Shown one piece after another: positions 8,561 through 18,255 of a DNA stretch of 32,000 nucleotides (positions are counted from its first letter, which is position 1; the number at the start of each line of letters is the position of its first letter). This DNA comes from Psychrobacter sp. DM4. Lineage in GTDB: Bacteria > Pseudomonadota > Gammaproteobacteria > Pseudomonadales > Moraxellaceae. Both the position numbers and the translations under genes were made by a program. The stretch lies in NCBI RefSeq assembly GCF_051307035.1, contig NZ_CP195536.1:2370001-2402000 (forward strand), written 5' to 3'. The notes under the pieces were generated by a model that was not told where the DNA came from, made no database searches, and worked only from the letters and a program-made list of their open reading frames with translations.

Positions 8561-11542
8561 ATGGCGATTGGCTTATTCGTTCTAGCAGTACTTATTCAGC
8601 TAGCCATGATTCTGGCTATCTTCTTACTATCTTTGTCTCGAGTGACTGGCAGCGTCGTCGCTATCGTCACTGTCGTCGTTACCGCTTTTATTAGTCCTTG
8701 GTCATTGATACTGGGTGCGCCTTTGGCACTTTTGTGTCTCGTACTTTTGATCGCGCCTCTTCGCCAAGCCTTGATTACCAAGCCTGTCTACAAGACGCTA
8801 GCAGGTGCGATGCCAAGTATGAGTGACACTGAACGTGAAGCGCTCGATGCAGGTACTAGTTGGTGGGAAAAAGAGCTGTTTATGGGCGCGCCGAACTGGG
8901 AGAGCTTTGCACAATATCCTTATCCCAAGTTGTCTGATAGAGAACAGAGCTTTATTGATAACGAAGTTGAGACTTTGTGCTCGATGCTCGATGAGTGGCA
9001 AATCACGACAGAGTACAAAGACTTGCCACCGCAAGCGTGGCAATTCATCAAAGATAACGGCTTTTTGGGACTTATTATTCCTGAAGAATACGGCGGATTA
9101 GATTTTACGTCCTACGCTCAAAGCCGCGTCATGAGTAAAATTGCCTCGCGCTCCCCTACTGCTGCGGTCAGCTGCATGGTGCCAAACTCCTTGGGTCCTG
9201 GTGAGCTACTCATGCATTACGGTACCGACGCACAAAAACAGCGCTGGTTACCCGGTCTTGCCAAAGGCCAGGAGATTCCTTGCTTTGGACTCACAGGTCC
9301 TGAGGCAGGCTCTGATGCAGGCGCCATTCCTGACACAGGGGTAGTCTGCTACGGTACTCATGATGGCAAGCAGGTACTCGGCCTACGTATGAACTTCTCC
9401 AAACGCTGGATTACCTTGGCTCCTATTGCAACGGTTGTCGGTCTGGCGTTTAAAATGCACGATCCAGAAGCACTACTTGGCGATCCTGACAAGACTGACT
9501 ATGGTATTACTTGTGCGCTCGTGCCTGCCGATCATGAAGGCGTCGTCATAGGACCACGCCATTATCCTGGTGGCTCGCCCTTCATGAATGGTACGGTCGA
9601 TGGCAAAGACGTATTTATTCCTTTGGAATACATCATCGGTGGCGTCGAGAACGCAGGTCGTGGCTGGCGTATGCTCATGGAATGCCTGGGGGTTGGACGT
9701 GGTATCTCACTGCCTGCACTATCCACATCAGCGAGCGAGATGAGCTATTTGTCTGTTGGCGCATTTGCAAAAGTGCGTGAGCAGTTTAAAATCTCAGTGG
9801 GTAAGTTTGAAGGGGTACAAGACGCTACCAGCCGTATTGCCAGCCAAACTTATATGTTAGAGGCCTTTCGTCATCTAGTGACTTGTGGTCTGAATCAAGG
9901 CGGTACGCCTTCGGTTATGACTGCTATGGCCAAATACTATGCGACCGAAACCATGCGCAGCGTCGTCAATGACGGTATGGACGTAGTCGGTGGCCGCGCT
10001 ATTCAAATGGGTCCACGTAACTTCTTAGCCATTCCTTATCAGGCCATTCCTGTTTCTATTACGGTTGAGGGTGCCAATATTCTAACCCGATCCCTCATGA
10101 TATTTGGTCAAGGGGCGATGCGCTGTCACCCATATCTCTTCGACGAGTTACAACTTTTACAAAGCGAAGATAAGCAAAGCGCGCTCAAAGAATTTGACGG
10201 TTTATTCTTCAAGCATTTAGGCTATACCTTTAATCGCGGCGCTAGAGCGTTTGTCGCAGGTTATATCGGTGGTAGCAGCAAAGCGCCAAGCTTCGCTGAC
10301 AAATTTACTCGTCCCTATTACAAGCATATCAACCGCTTAAGTGCTAGTTTTGCTTTAACTGCTGATATGGCACTTGGTCTACTAGCAGGGGATCTAAAGC
10401 GTAAAGAGATGCTCTCAGGGCGCTTAGCAGATATTCATGCTCATCTATTTATTGCAACAGCTATTTTGCAATTTTATGAGCATGGTAGTAAGTCTGAAGC
10501 TGAGCGTTTGCACGCTGAAGTGGCGTTGCAAAACAGCTTATACACCATTCAAGAAGCCTTTGAATCCTTCTTTGAGAACTTCCCTAATCGCATGGCAGCA
10601 GCACTTGTCGGCTTTGTCACCTTTCCTAGTGGACGCATCTTTACGCCACCAAGTGACGAGCTCAAAGCCAAGCTTGGCGATACCTTTATGGATGATTTTG
10701 AAGCCAATCCATTCCGAGATTACCTAAAAACGATGGTGTATTACAATACCGAATCTGACGATGTTAACGGTCGCATGGAGAACGCCTATCAGACGCTATT
10801 ATCCATAGAACCACTATGGCAAAAGTTTAAAAAGGCGGAGCACAAAGGCAGCTTTGAGGGCTTAACCTTTGAGGATCATGTGGTTCAGGCCAGCCAAAGT
10901 GGAGAGATTACCGAAGATGAGGCTGAGCAATTAATCAATTATAATGGTCTACGTTTTGATTCGTTATTGACGGATGTATTCGATGAGCATCTTTTAGAAG
11001 CGCAAGAGCGCTACAATCCGCATACGCTTGAAAATGCGGTTCATCAGCTGACAGATTATGCGCAGCTCAAGAGTGAGGCACAAGCTGCTCACAGCGTCGA
11101 TGACAGTACTAAAGAGCACTCCGAGCATCTGGCAACTGCAGCTGAGACTCAGGAGTTAGCGACTGATCCTACGGCTACAGACCGTAGTGATAGCACTGAA
11201 TCTTCAACACACACTAATGAACCAACGGGCGATGCCAACCCCAACCACGGTTACGAGAGTGACGGCGATGTAGAGATGGCCCGTGAGAAGGATTCAATAG
11301 AGGAAAGTCAAGCGCAGACGAATTTTAGCGACGTAAGTCCTAATAAAGAAGCCCTGACTCATCGTCATCGTGACGCTGAATCTATATTAAGTGCTCGTAT
11401 GAATAGCAATCATAGTCGCAACGATACCGATGCTACTGATACTCGTAATGCTACTGATAACCACAATGCTATAGACAAGCAAGCAACAGATTCTGACGCT
11501 TGGAAAGATGGGCTACGCCGTGATGAAAGCGACAATGCTTAA
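8561..11542 (+). CDS. fadE: Large membrane-anchored acyl-CoA dehydrogenase (FadE type) with a long low-complexity C-terminal tail
   Basis: Strong SD (aaggagacagtcATG). It aligns by eye with E. coli FadE over most of its length (PNSLGPGELLMHYGTDAQK, CFGLTGPEAGSDAGAIPDTG, TVEGANILTRSLMIFGQGAMRCHPY, YYKHINRLSA). The last 165 residues or so have no FadE counterpart. Confidence 0.92.
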   Translation: MAIGLFVLAVLIQLAMILAIFLLSLSRVTGSVVAIVTVVVTAFISPWSLILGAPLALLCLVLLIAPLRQALITKPVYKTLAGAMPSMSDTEREALDAGTSWWEKELFMGAPNWESFAQYPYPKLSDREQSFIDNEVETLCSMLDEWQITTEYKDLPPQAWQFIKDNGFLGLIIPEEYGGLDFTSYAQSRVMSKIASRSPTAAVSCMVPNSLGPGELLMHYGTDAQKQRWLPGLAKGQEIPCFGLTGPEAGSDAGAIPDTGVVCYGTHDGKQVLGLRMNFSKRWITLAPIATVVGLAFKMHDPEALLGDPDKTDYGITCALVPADHEGVVIGPRHYPGGSPFMNGTVDGKDVFIPLEYIIGGVENAGRGWRMLMECLGVGRGISLPALSTSASEMSYLSVGAFAKVREQFKISVGKFEGVQDATSRIASQTYMLEAFRHLVTCGLNQGGTPSVMTAMAKYYATETMRSVVNDGMDVVGGRAIQMGPRNFLAIPYQAIPVSITVEGANILTRSLMIFGQGAMRCHPYLFDELQLLQSEDKQSALKEFDGLFFKHLGYTFNRGARAFVAGYIGGSSKAPSFADKFTRPYYKHINRLSASFALTADMALGLLAGDLKRKEMLSGRLADIHAHLFIATAILQFYEHGSKSEAERLHAEVALQNSLYTIQEAFESFFENFPNRMAAALVGFVTFPSGRIFTPPSDELKAKLGDTFMDDFEANPFRDYLKTMVYYNTESDDVNGRMENAYQTLLSIEPLWQKFKKAEHKGSFEGLTFEDHVVQASQSGEITEDEAEQLINYNGLRFDSLLTDVFDEHLLEAQERYNPHTLENAVHQLTDYAQLKSEAQAAHSVDDSTKEHSEHLATAAETQELATDPTATDRSDSTESSTHTNEPTGDANPNHGYESDGDVEMAREKDSIEESQAQTNFSDVSPNKEALTHRHRDAESILSARMNSNHSRNDTDATDTRNATDNHNAIDKQATDSDAWKDGLRRDESDNA
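11429..11500 (+). repeat. Degenerate 18-bp tandem repeats inside the fadE tail, encoding (D/N)ATD-type hexapeptides
   Basis: Read directly as gatgctactgatactcgt / aatgctactgataaccac / aatgctatagacaagcaa / gcaacagattctgacgct. These translate to DATDTR NATDNH NAIDKQ ATDSDA. Confidence 0.6.
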
Positions 11543-11553
11543 AGCGGCAATGA

Positions 11554-12234
11554 TTAAAACGTCAGGGCTTAATTGAGCAAGAGATGATCGTGCCCAAGCT
11601 ATTCTCAGGGTTATCTATCAAGACCTTTTTGTCAAAAATGCGTGAAGTACAGATCTTTGCTTTTAGTACTTCAAGCTCAAATGCAACGATTCCGATCACC
11701 TTGCGTACGGTAACCAAGCGCATGGGTGTTGATAATTCGGTGGCGTCGTTCACTGTACCCTTTGGTGCCACGATCAACATGGATGGTACGGCTATCATGC
11801 AGGGGACGGCGACTATTTTTATCGCTAACGTCTATGGCATTGATCTAGGTGTGACTGAATATTTGACCGTTATTTTGATGTCAGTACTTGCCTCTATCGG
11901 TACTGCTGGTGTACCCGGCGTAGGACTCATCATGCTCTCTATGGTGTTCTCACAAGTTGGCCTACCTATCGAAGGTATCGGTCTAATCTTGGGTGTTGAT
12001 CGTATTTTAGATATGTTACGTACGGCGGTGAACGTCGGCGGTGATGCGGCGGTGACTAGTATCGTCGCTAAGTCTGAAAACAAGATGAATGTTGCTATTT
12101 ATAATGACCCTCATGCTGGCGCCAAAGATGTCTTTGATGGTCATATCGATGAAGAGAACGAGCGCGAGTTCTCTAAAGTGTTTAGCGATGGCATGATGGG
12201 TAGCGATTACGATGATATCGATCGACGACGCTAA
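11554..12234 (+). pseudogene. 5'-truncated dicarboxylate/amino acid:cation symporter (DAACS, GltP/DctA-like) remnant
   Basis: Only the C-terminal half of the family is encoded: AFSTSSSNATIPITL (HP1 Ser motif), GATINMDGTAIMQG, GVPGVGLIM and GVDRILDMLRTAVNVGGDA. The frame is closed by a TGA at 11551-11553, only 9 nt after the fadE stop, so the 200 or so N-terminal residues (TM1-6) are absent. Confidence 0.8.
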
Positions 12235-12258
12235 TCAGTCCTGTTGATTTACCGAAAT

Positions 12259-12291
12259 AAAAAACCTCAATCATACTGATTGAGGTTTTTT
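12259..12291. terminator. Bidirectional Rho-independent terminator
   Basis: Stem cctcaatc / gattgagg with a 5-nt loop, flanked by an A6 run and a T6 run. It lies between the convergent DAACS remnant and the TauE gene. Confidence 0.85.
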
Positions 12292-12328
12292 AGGTTTAAT
12301 CTTTTAATAAGATAAAGCATAGTGGAGA

Positions 12329-13084
12329 TTAGCCAAAGACATACTTGGTCACCATCGCCAAACAGACCAAGACGATTACTGGACGAATGAGCTTGCTACC
12401 GCCTTTCACCACCATGTGCGAGCCAAAGTAGGCACCGATAATCTGTCCGACCATCATTGCCAGCCCTACTTTCCATAGCACATTGCCGCCCAATATAAAA
12501 AATATAAGCGACCCTATATTGGTTGATAAATTTAGTACCTTTGCCGCGCCCGTTGCCTCGATGATTTGCCGGCCACGCAGCGCGACATTACCTAGTGCAA
12601 AAAACATGCCTGTACCAGGTCCAATATAACCATCATAGAACCCAATTAGCGGCGCAACTACCTTTTGCCATTTACCTTCTGAGATACGCGGCGTCGCTTC
12701 TACCTCACCTAGGTTTGGCGCAAACAAGGTATAGATACCAATAGCAGCAATCAAAAAAGGAATAAGGGTTTCAAGCAAATCTGGCGGCGACAACTGTACC
12801 GCAATCGTCCCTATAACCGAGCCGATAAACGCAGCAAAAATCGCCGCTTTGATACGAGCGGGTTTTACAACGCCCTTTTTTATCATAGTAATAGACGCGG
12901 CGAGCGCCCCTGAAGCCGCTTGCAACTTATTGGTGCCTAGCGTCAATATGGGCGGTATATTGGCAAGTAGCATCGCAGGTATGGTCAGCAGGCCACCGCC
13001 GCCCGCGATAGCATCGATAAATCCTGCCAATGCAGCGACTGCCGTTAGCATCAAAATCACATCCAAAGATAGCGATATATCCAT
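12329..13084 (-). CDS. TauE/SafE-family (DUF81) anion permease
   Basis: Polytopic membrane protein with the family's Gly-rich motif near the N-terminus (FIDAIAGGGGLLTIPAML) and its internal repeat. The track ORF extends to 13102. I prefer the Met at 13084 (MDISLSL), which has an upstream aagg. Confidence 0.8.
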   Translation of the reverse strand: MDISLSLDVILMLTAVAALAGFIDAIAGGGGLLTIPAMLLANIPPILTLGTNKLQAASGALAASITMIKKGVVKPARIKAAIFAAFIGSVIGTIAVQLSPPDLLETLIPFLIAAIGIYTLFAPNLGEVEATPRISEGKWQKVVAPLIGFYDGYIGPGTGMFFALGNVALRGRQIIEATGAAKVLNLSTNIGSLIFFILGGNVLWKVGLAMMVGQIIGAYFGSHMVVKGGSKLIRPVIVLVCLAMVTKYVFG

Positions 13085-13430
13085 ACAACTTGCCTTAATC
13101 ATGCCATTAGAGGCGCAGCTAGTAACGCTTTAGAAATGGTGAAATTGAACAAAGTCTGTTAAATTTGTTATGACTGGCATTCAATAGTTAGCGTACACTA
13201 TCATGTCACTGTTTTATATTCTATGATAAAGACTTTGAAGATTTGAGATAGTAAAAAACAGCACACTATTATAAAAGAAAACACCAATAAAGATATTAAA
13301 GCTCGAATGAGCAACTGCTATAAACTGCTCGATATCATTTTTGATACGAATGGTTTGATAAATATAGTTGGATAAGATGGTATAAAGGTCGCCATTTAAG
13401 TTTAGTGTATATTTTGTGGATGAGGATTTT

Positions 13431-14630
13431 ATGGCAATACGACGGATCAAGGCATTTTTTGAATTTGAGGCGGCAGGCGGCATTATCTTAGCCTTAGCTG
13501 CCGTTGCTGCAATGATTATTGCCAATACCCCACTGAGCGAATGGTACAACGGTTTTATTCATGCGCCCGTTGCTATTCAGTTCGGTGATTTTGAGATTGC
13601 AAAGGACGCCCGTCACTGGATCAATGATGGTCTGATGGCGGTATTCTTTTTTTTGGTAGGACTTGAGCTCAAGCGCGAGGTGCTCGTTGGTGAGTTATCT
13701 AACCTCAAACAAATCATCTTGCCTGCAGGCGCCGCAGTCGGTGGTATGGTCGCGCCTGCCATTGTGTATATACTTTTTAATTACCATGAGCCTGAATACC
13801 TAAAAGGCTGGGCGATTCCTGCTGCCACTGACATAGCTTTTGCCTTAGGTATACTAAGCTTGCTGGGTAATCGCGTGCCCAATTCGTTGAAGATATTTTT
13901 GGTATCTATTGCCATTTTTGATGATATTGGTGCCATTTTAATTATTGCGCTATTTTATACTAGCGATTTATCTTTGTTCTCTTTGGCTGTTGCTGGTGCC
14001 TGTTTGCCATTTTTGTATATCCTCAATCGCCGTAACGTGACGAATATCACACCTTACATCTTCTTCGGTATTATCATGTGGATTGCGGTACTCAAATCAG
14101 GCGTTCATGCGACTTTGGCAGGGGTCGTTTTAGCACTATTTATCCCCATGTTCGATCGTACCGATCCTGAGCACTCGCCACTAGAGGAGCTTGAGCATGA
14201 TCTGCATAATACTGTCGCCTTTGCTATTTTGCCTCTATTCGCTTTTGCCAACTCAGGTATCTCTCTCAAGGGCGCAGGTTTCAATGAGCTTTTTCATTCG
14301 GTTCCGCTAGGTATCGCAGCAGGCTTATTCATCGGTAAGCAAATAGGCGTTATGGCGATGTGCTGGCTCATCTTTAAGCTCGGTCTATCAACGATGCCAA
14401 AGGCGATGAATTTCAAGCAAATATATGGCGCTGCATTACTGTGCGGTGTCGGTTTTACCATGAGTTTATTTATCGGTGGTCTGGCATTTGGCGGCGGTAC
14501 GCCAATGTTCGATGAGCGCTTAGGTATCATCATGGGCTCGATTGTCTCAGGTATTGCAGGCTACCTTATGCTCAAGCATACGCTAAAAGAAGAGATCAGT
14601 AACACCTCAGTCGATCTCACCCGTCACTAA
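13431..14630 (+). CDS. nhaA: Na+/H+ antiporter NhaA
   Basis: Aligns by eye with E. coli NhaA, including [33 protein letters not shown], the catalytic [16 protein letters not shown] (Asp-Asp pair) and [16 protein letters not shown] lies 4 nt before the ATG at 13431. The track's GTG at 13416 is less likely. Confidence 0.93.
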   Translation: MAIRRIKAFFEFEAAGGIILALAAVAAMIIANTPLSEWYNGFIHAPVAIQFGDFEIAKDARHWINDGLMAVFFFLVGLELKREVLVGELSNLKQIILPAGAAVGGMVAPAIVYILFNYHEPEYLKGWAIPAATDIAFALGILSLLGNRVPNSLKIFLVSIAIFDDIGAILIIALFYTSDLSLFSLAVAGACLPFLYILNRRNVTNITPYIFFGIIMWIAVLKSGVHATLAGVVLALFIPMFDRTDPEHSPLEELEHDLHNTVAFAILPLFAFANSGISLKGAGFNELFHSVPLGIAAGLFIGKQIGVMAMCWLIFKLGLSTMPKAMNFKQIYGAALLCGVGFTMSLFIGGLAFGGGTPMFDERLGIIMGSIVSGIAGYLMLKHTLKEEISNTSVDLTRH

Positions 14631-14737
14631 TTTGCCCACGTATGATGAGTCTAAAGGCCAACACAAGACTCATCGTACGCTACCAATTTATGACATATGG
14701 TTACGTTTAAATTTATGCATAATGGTACATTACTATT

Positions 14738-16075
14738 ATGACTTTAAATACGACTTCTCAAGACCACAATAAGTCCTCTTATGAGCCTTCTATGAGGTCT
14801 CGTTCTTCTGACTCAAACTATCAGCGTCATGGACGGACGACGTCTATCGATGATCATAGTGATTTGCAAGTATTGCGCCGCATCAGACGCTATTTGTTGC
14901 CCAAAGACTTCGTTATCTCGCAAACTCTACTTGATGAGATCGTCGCAGGTTACGATATTGGCGATCCTATTGCTGATAGCTTAGCAACTGATGACATACG
15001 TTTCGCTAAACCACTAGAGCAGTCTATCATAGACGATTTTGTACTCGATACGGATACGTCCAATCATCAATCCTTTATCGCTTTGACCGGGCAGTTTAGC
15101 GCGCAGCCTTCGTGGTTCGATCCGAAGCTTGCTGAGGTTGGCGCTATCGCTTATCGGCGTTATCCTCTGATGCTCATTTGGCTACTGCGCAACGTGGCAC
15201 TAATGGCGGGCTATAGCATCCCTGCTCTCTCGTTACCGCTCTTACAGACTGGCGCGCTGATGCATGATGCGCTACCGCGCTTGATGCGTACTTATGCTTA
15301 TATACTTGCTGTTTCAGAACATCCGCAGCTATCAAGCGATGTCGACCGCGTACTCGCTGTTGGCTCAGAGGGCTGGCGACAGTCGATCAAGGTACGCCAA
15401 GTACATACTTTGGTACGTCAAAGTTTGCTCAAGGGGAAGCTTAAGCTCTCAGATGATGTCATCGCATACAGAGATCAGCATCATAATTCGGACGGTAGTT
15501 GGAATAGCGACTATTGGGGTATTCCGATCAATCAGACCGATATGATTGCCACGCATTTGCAATTTTCTCTACTGATTATGCGTGGTCTGCGATTGCTAGG
15601 TGCACGTATGAGTACCGAGGAGGCCGAGGGTATCTTGCACCTATGGAATCTTGCCAGTTATTGGATGGGTGTAGATTTGGAGCGTCTGCCAAAAGATGAG
15701 GCGGCTTGCTGGGAGTGGCTCTATACTTATCTGTCTATTCAGCAGCTTGATTTTAAAATGGGACAGCCTTTAGCAAAAGCATTGCACGACTTGCCACGTC
15801 AGCTTATGGGTGAGGATAATCGCCGTGGGCGCTTTGTGGAGATGGTTAATGCTAGTGTCACGCGTACTTTAGTCGGTGACGATATCGGTGATGGCTTGGA
15901 TTTACCCAAATCAAAAATTCGCTTTGGAGTGCTGTCTTCTGTGCCTATTTTATTTGCATTAGATACCGCACGCCAGCACAATAGTACTGCTGCGCGTAAG
16001 CTTGAAGCGTTTCGTGCCAAACGTCAGGATAATATGAACTGGTGGCTCAAAAAGAACGACAATTATTATAAGTAA
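14738..16075 (+). CDS. Hypothetical protein, tentatively of the DUF2236 / MpaB-like oxygenase family
   Basis: A 445-aa ORF. The central region (WRQSIKVRQVHTLVRQSLL ... GIPINQTDMIATHLQFSLLIMRGLRLLG) resembles the DUF2236 pattern. The family call is from memory and is weak. Confidence 0.7.
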   Translation: MTLNTTSQDHNKSSYEPSMRSRSSDSNYQRHGRTTSIDDHSDLQVLRRIRRYLLPKDFVISQTLLDEIVAGYDIGDPIADSLATDDIRFAKPLEQSIIDDFVLDTDTSNHQSFIALTGQFSAQPSWFDPKLAEVGAIAYRRYPLMLIWLLRNVALMAGYSIPALSLPLLQTGALMHDALPRLMRTYAYILAVSEHPQLSSDVDRVLAVGSEGWRQSIKVRQVHTLVRQSLLKGKLKLSDDVIAYRDQHHNSDGSWNSDYWGIPINQTDMIATHLQFSLLIMRGLRLLGARMSTEEAEGILHLWNLASYWMGVDLERLPKDEAACWEWLYTYLSIQQLDFKMGQPLAKALHDLPRQLMGEDNRRGRFVEMVNASVTRTLVGDDIGDGLDLPKSKIRFGVLSSVPILFALDTARQHNSTAARKLEAFRAKRQDNMNWWLKKNDNYYK

Positions 16076-16088
16076 TTAGCTAAGGGGT

Positions 16089-16829
16089 TTAACGATCGAT
16101 ATCTGTCCCTGAATCTTGCATACGGTAATACCAATCAAGCTGTCTATCAAAACCTGTCTCAAGTAAACTTGCCAATACCTTTCCTGTCAAACCCCAAACG
16201 GTTTCACCTTCAATCTCCCAGCTAGGCGTCACGATGGTAGCGGTCTGCTCGAGCATCGTATACTCGATTGCATACTCAACAGTAGGCTGAGTAATCAAGC
16301 GCTCAAAGTCTGCCCAAAAGATACGCGCAATTTCTCCAATCTCAGGCACTAGTTGCAGGTTAGGCTCAATCAGAGCGACGATAGGCCGCACGCTCATGCC
16401 GCTCTTTGAGGTTTGGATAGGTAGTTGACCCAGCAACTGCACTTTGTTCGGGGGTAGCGCCGTCTCTTCACACGCTTCACGCAGCGCCGTTATCACATTG
16501 TTTCCATCATAACGCTCGTGCTTACCGCCTGCGCAAGACACCTCTCCTGCATGACTATTCATGTGCGCTGCGCGCCGTGTCAACAATAGCTTAGGGCGTG
16601 CCTCATTAGTAATCGCGACCAATACCGAGGCATCAGCAATGGGCGTCTGGTATAGACGCTCTAAAATACGTGCGCTTTGAGAATAGTGCTCAGCATCACC
16701 GTGCAAAGTCTGCGCTAGCATCTCGTATTGCATACGCTCAGCCAGTTGCCTGAGCACTGGCTGATGAATATAAGCGGGCAATGCCACTGACAAGTCATCA
16801 GGGAGGATAAGCGGCTGCGGTACGGTCAT
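16089..16829 (-). CDS. Nudix hydrolase, CoA pyrophosphatase (NudL)-like
   Basis: Nudix box GGKHERYDGNNVITALREACEETAL, preceded by the NudL-type motif LLLTRRAAHMNSHAGEVSCAGG (a variant of LLTxRx...FPGG). There is an N-terminal extension of about 75 aa. Confidence 0.8.
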   Translation of the reverse strand: MTVPQPLILPDDLSVALPAYIHQPVLRQLAERMQYEMLAQTLHGDAEHYSQSARILERLYQTPIADASVLVAITNEARPKLLLTRRAAHMNSHAGEVSCAGGKHERYDGNNVITALREACEETALPPNKVQLLGQLPIQTSKSGMSVRPIVALIEPNLQLVPEIGEIARIFWADFERLITQPTVEYAIEYTMLEQTATIVTPSWEIEGETVWGLTGKVLASLLETGFDRQLDWYYRMQDSGTDIDR

Positions 16830-16990
16830 TTTAATAGCCCTATAGGTTAAAGATAAATATTAAATGTTGTAACGCTATTATTGACAAGAATTAAGAGCAT
16901 CTAACAGTGAGGTATAGAATGTCCACGCGTAGTAGAGTAGCTCCGCTCTGACATTTAGAGAGTTATTGTTATATGATTTAGGATACCTGT

Positions 16991-17344
16991 GTGAACAAGG
17001 TTTTCTCATTGAGTAAAATGCAAAGCAAACACGATGACTGCCCTCAAAGATTACCATTATTTATTATAGTTCTCGCATGGCTTGGAGGTACGCTTGCTAC
17101 CGCAGCACTCGCGCTAATAGGCAATTGGCAAAACGTTGCTATGATTTTGGGATCTTTTGGTGCCAGCTGCTTACTCATCTTTTGTTACCCAAAGAGCCCT
17201 TTGGCTCAGCCTAAGAACATCGTTGGCGGTCATGTCACCATTACCTTTACAGGCTTAGCATTTATGTCTTTATTCGGTATTGAAATGATGCTCCTTCAAT
17301 ATAGACTAGCTGACTTTGATACTTGCTGCATGCTCTTTATGTGA
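16991..17344 (+). pseudogene. Truncated HPP-family membrane protein remnant
   Basis: LGSFGASCLLIFCYPKSPLAQPKNIVGGHVTITFTGLAF matches the N-terminal half of HPP-family proteins. The ORF ends at 117 aa, before the eponymous His-Pro-Pro region, with an aberrant tail (LADFDTCCMLFM). About 245 nt of non-coding sequence follows. Confidence 0.6.
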
Positions 17345-17588
17345 CTGCTTATAACTCACTCTTTAAGTAAGTAAGCGTCCTATAAATAGTATCGAGCCTT
17401 GATTAAGCTGGCGCTATGGATAACCATTTGAGCACAGATAATAAATGATGTGTTCCTGTTATCGTCACTCAGTTGAATACAAATTTGTGCTATCTTAATG
17501 CTAGAAACCATACTCATTGACGTCTCTGTATTTATGAAATATAGACCAAAGATATCTCCTCTTTTATTTCAATTAAAAGGCTGTAAAC

Positions 17589-18152
17589 ATGCAATTTTGT
17601 CTTCAATGCGGCCACGAAGCTGAGCGCAAAATACCTACCACGGATAACATGCCGCGCTTGGTATGCCCTAATTGTCACTACATTCATTACGAAAACCCAA
17701 AAGTTATCTGCGGCTCGCTGGTTATTCATGAAGGCAGAGTGTTACTGTGTCGCCGAGCGATTGAACCGCAATACGGTCTGTGGACAATACCAGCAGGGTT
17801 TATGGAGAATGGTGAAACCATCGCTGACGGCGCGGCACGTGAAAGCTTCGAGGAGGCAGAAGCAGTCGTTATCAACCCCCAATTGTACTGCCTGTATGAC
17901 ATCCCTGACATTGGGCAGATATATGTGATTTATCTGGCGGATCTAAAAGACGGTGCTTATGGTATTGGCTCAGAAAGCCTTGATTCAGCGTTATTTAGTG
18001 AAGAAGATATTCCTTGGGACAATATTGCTTTTGAGGCGGTACGCCGCACTTTGACCCACTATTTTGCCGATCGCAAGCAGTTCGATAACGTCAAACAATT
18101 TCCTATTCATCAGGAGTACGTCGGTAAAGATAAGAGTATCAAACGTTATTAA
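17589..18152 (+). CDS. Nudix hydrolase with N-terminal zinc ribbon
   Basis: The pairs CLQC...CPNC form a zinc ribbon. The Nudix box is GFMENGETIADGAARESFEEAEA. Confidence 0.85.
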   Translation: MQFCLQCGHEAERKIPTTDNMPRLVCPNCHYIHYENPKVICGSLVIHEGRVLLCRRAIEPQYGLWTIPAGFMENGETIADGAARESFEEAEAVVINPQLYCLYDIPDIGQIYVIYLADLKDGAYGIGSESLDSALFSEEDIPWDNIAFEAVRRTLTHYFADRKQFDNVKQFPIHQEYVGKDKSIKRY

Positions 18153-18195
18153 TCCTCCTCGTTACTCATAACCGTTACGCGACTCAATGTGAATT

Positions 18196-18232
18196 AAAAA
18201 CCCGCCATTCTGATGAGAATGGCGGGTTTTTT
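18196..18232. terminator. Bidirectional Rho-independent terminator
   Basis: Perfect 10-bp stem cccgccattc / gaatggcggg with a 6-nt loop, flanked by A5 and T6 runs. It lies between convergent genes. Confidence 0.9.
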
Positions 18233-18255
18233 ACGTCTATTACTAAGCTACTCTC

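Noticed and set aside
10997-11553. The idea that the fadE tail region encodes the missing N-terminal half of the DAACS transporter in another frame
   Set aside because: The six-frame track shows no other long ORF on the plus strand here. The region's translation in the fadE frame is polar and acidic with no hydrophobic TM-like stretches, so the transporter's 5' half is simply absent.
11562-12083. Minus-strand ORFs 11562-11798 and 11832-12083
   Set aside because: They lie antisense to the clearly DAACS-homologous plus-strand frame and are shadow ORFs.
13214-13549. 111-aa minus-strand ORF in the AT-rich region upstream of nhaA
   Set aside because: It overlaps the nhaA start and spans an AT-rich promoter region. 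The Ile/Asn/Tyr/Phe-rich product reflects base composition, and no SD is present.
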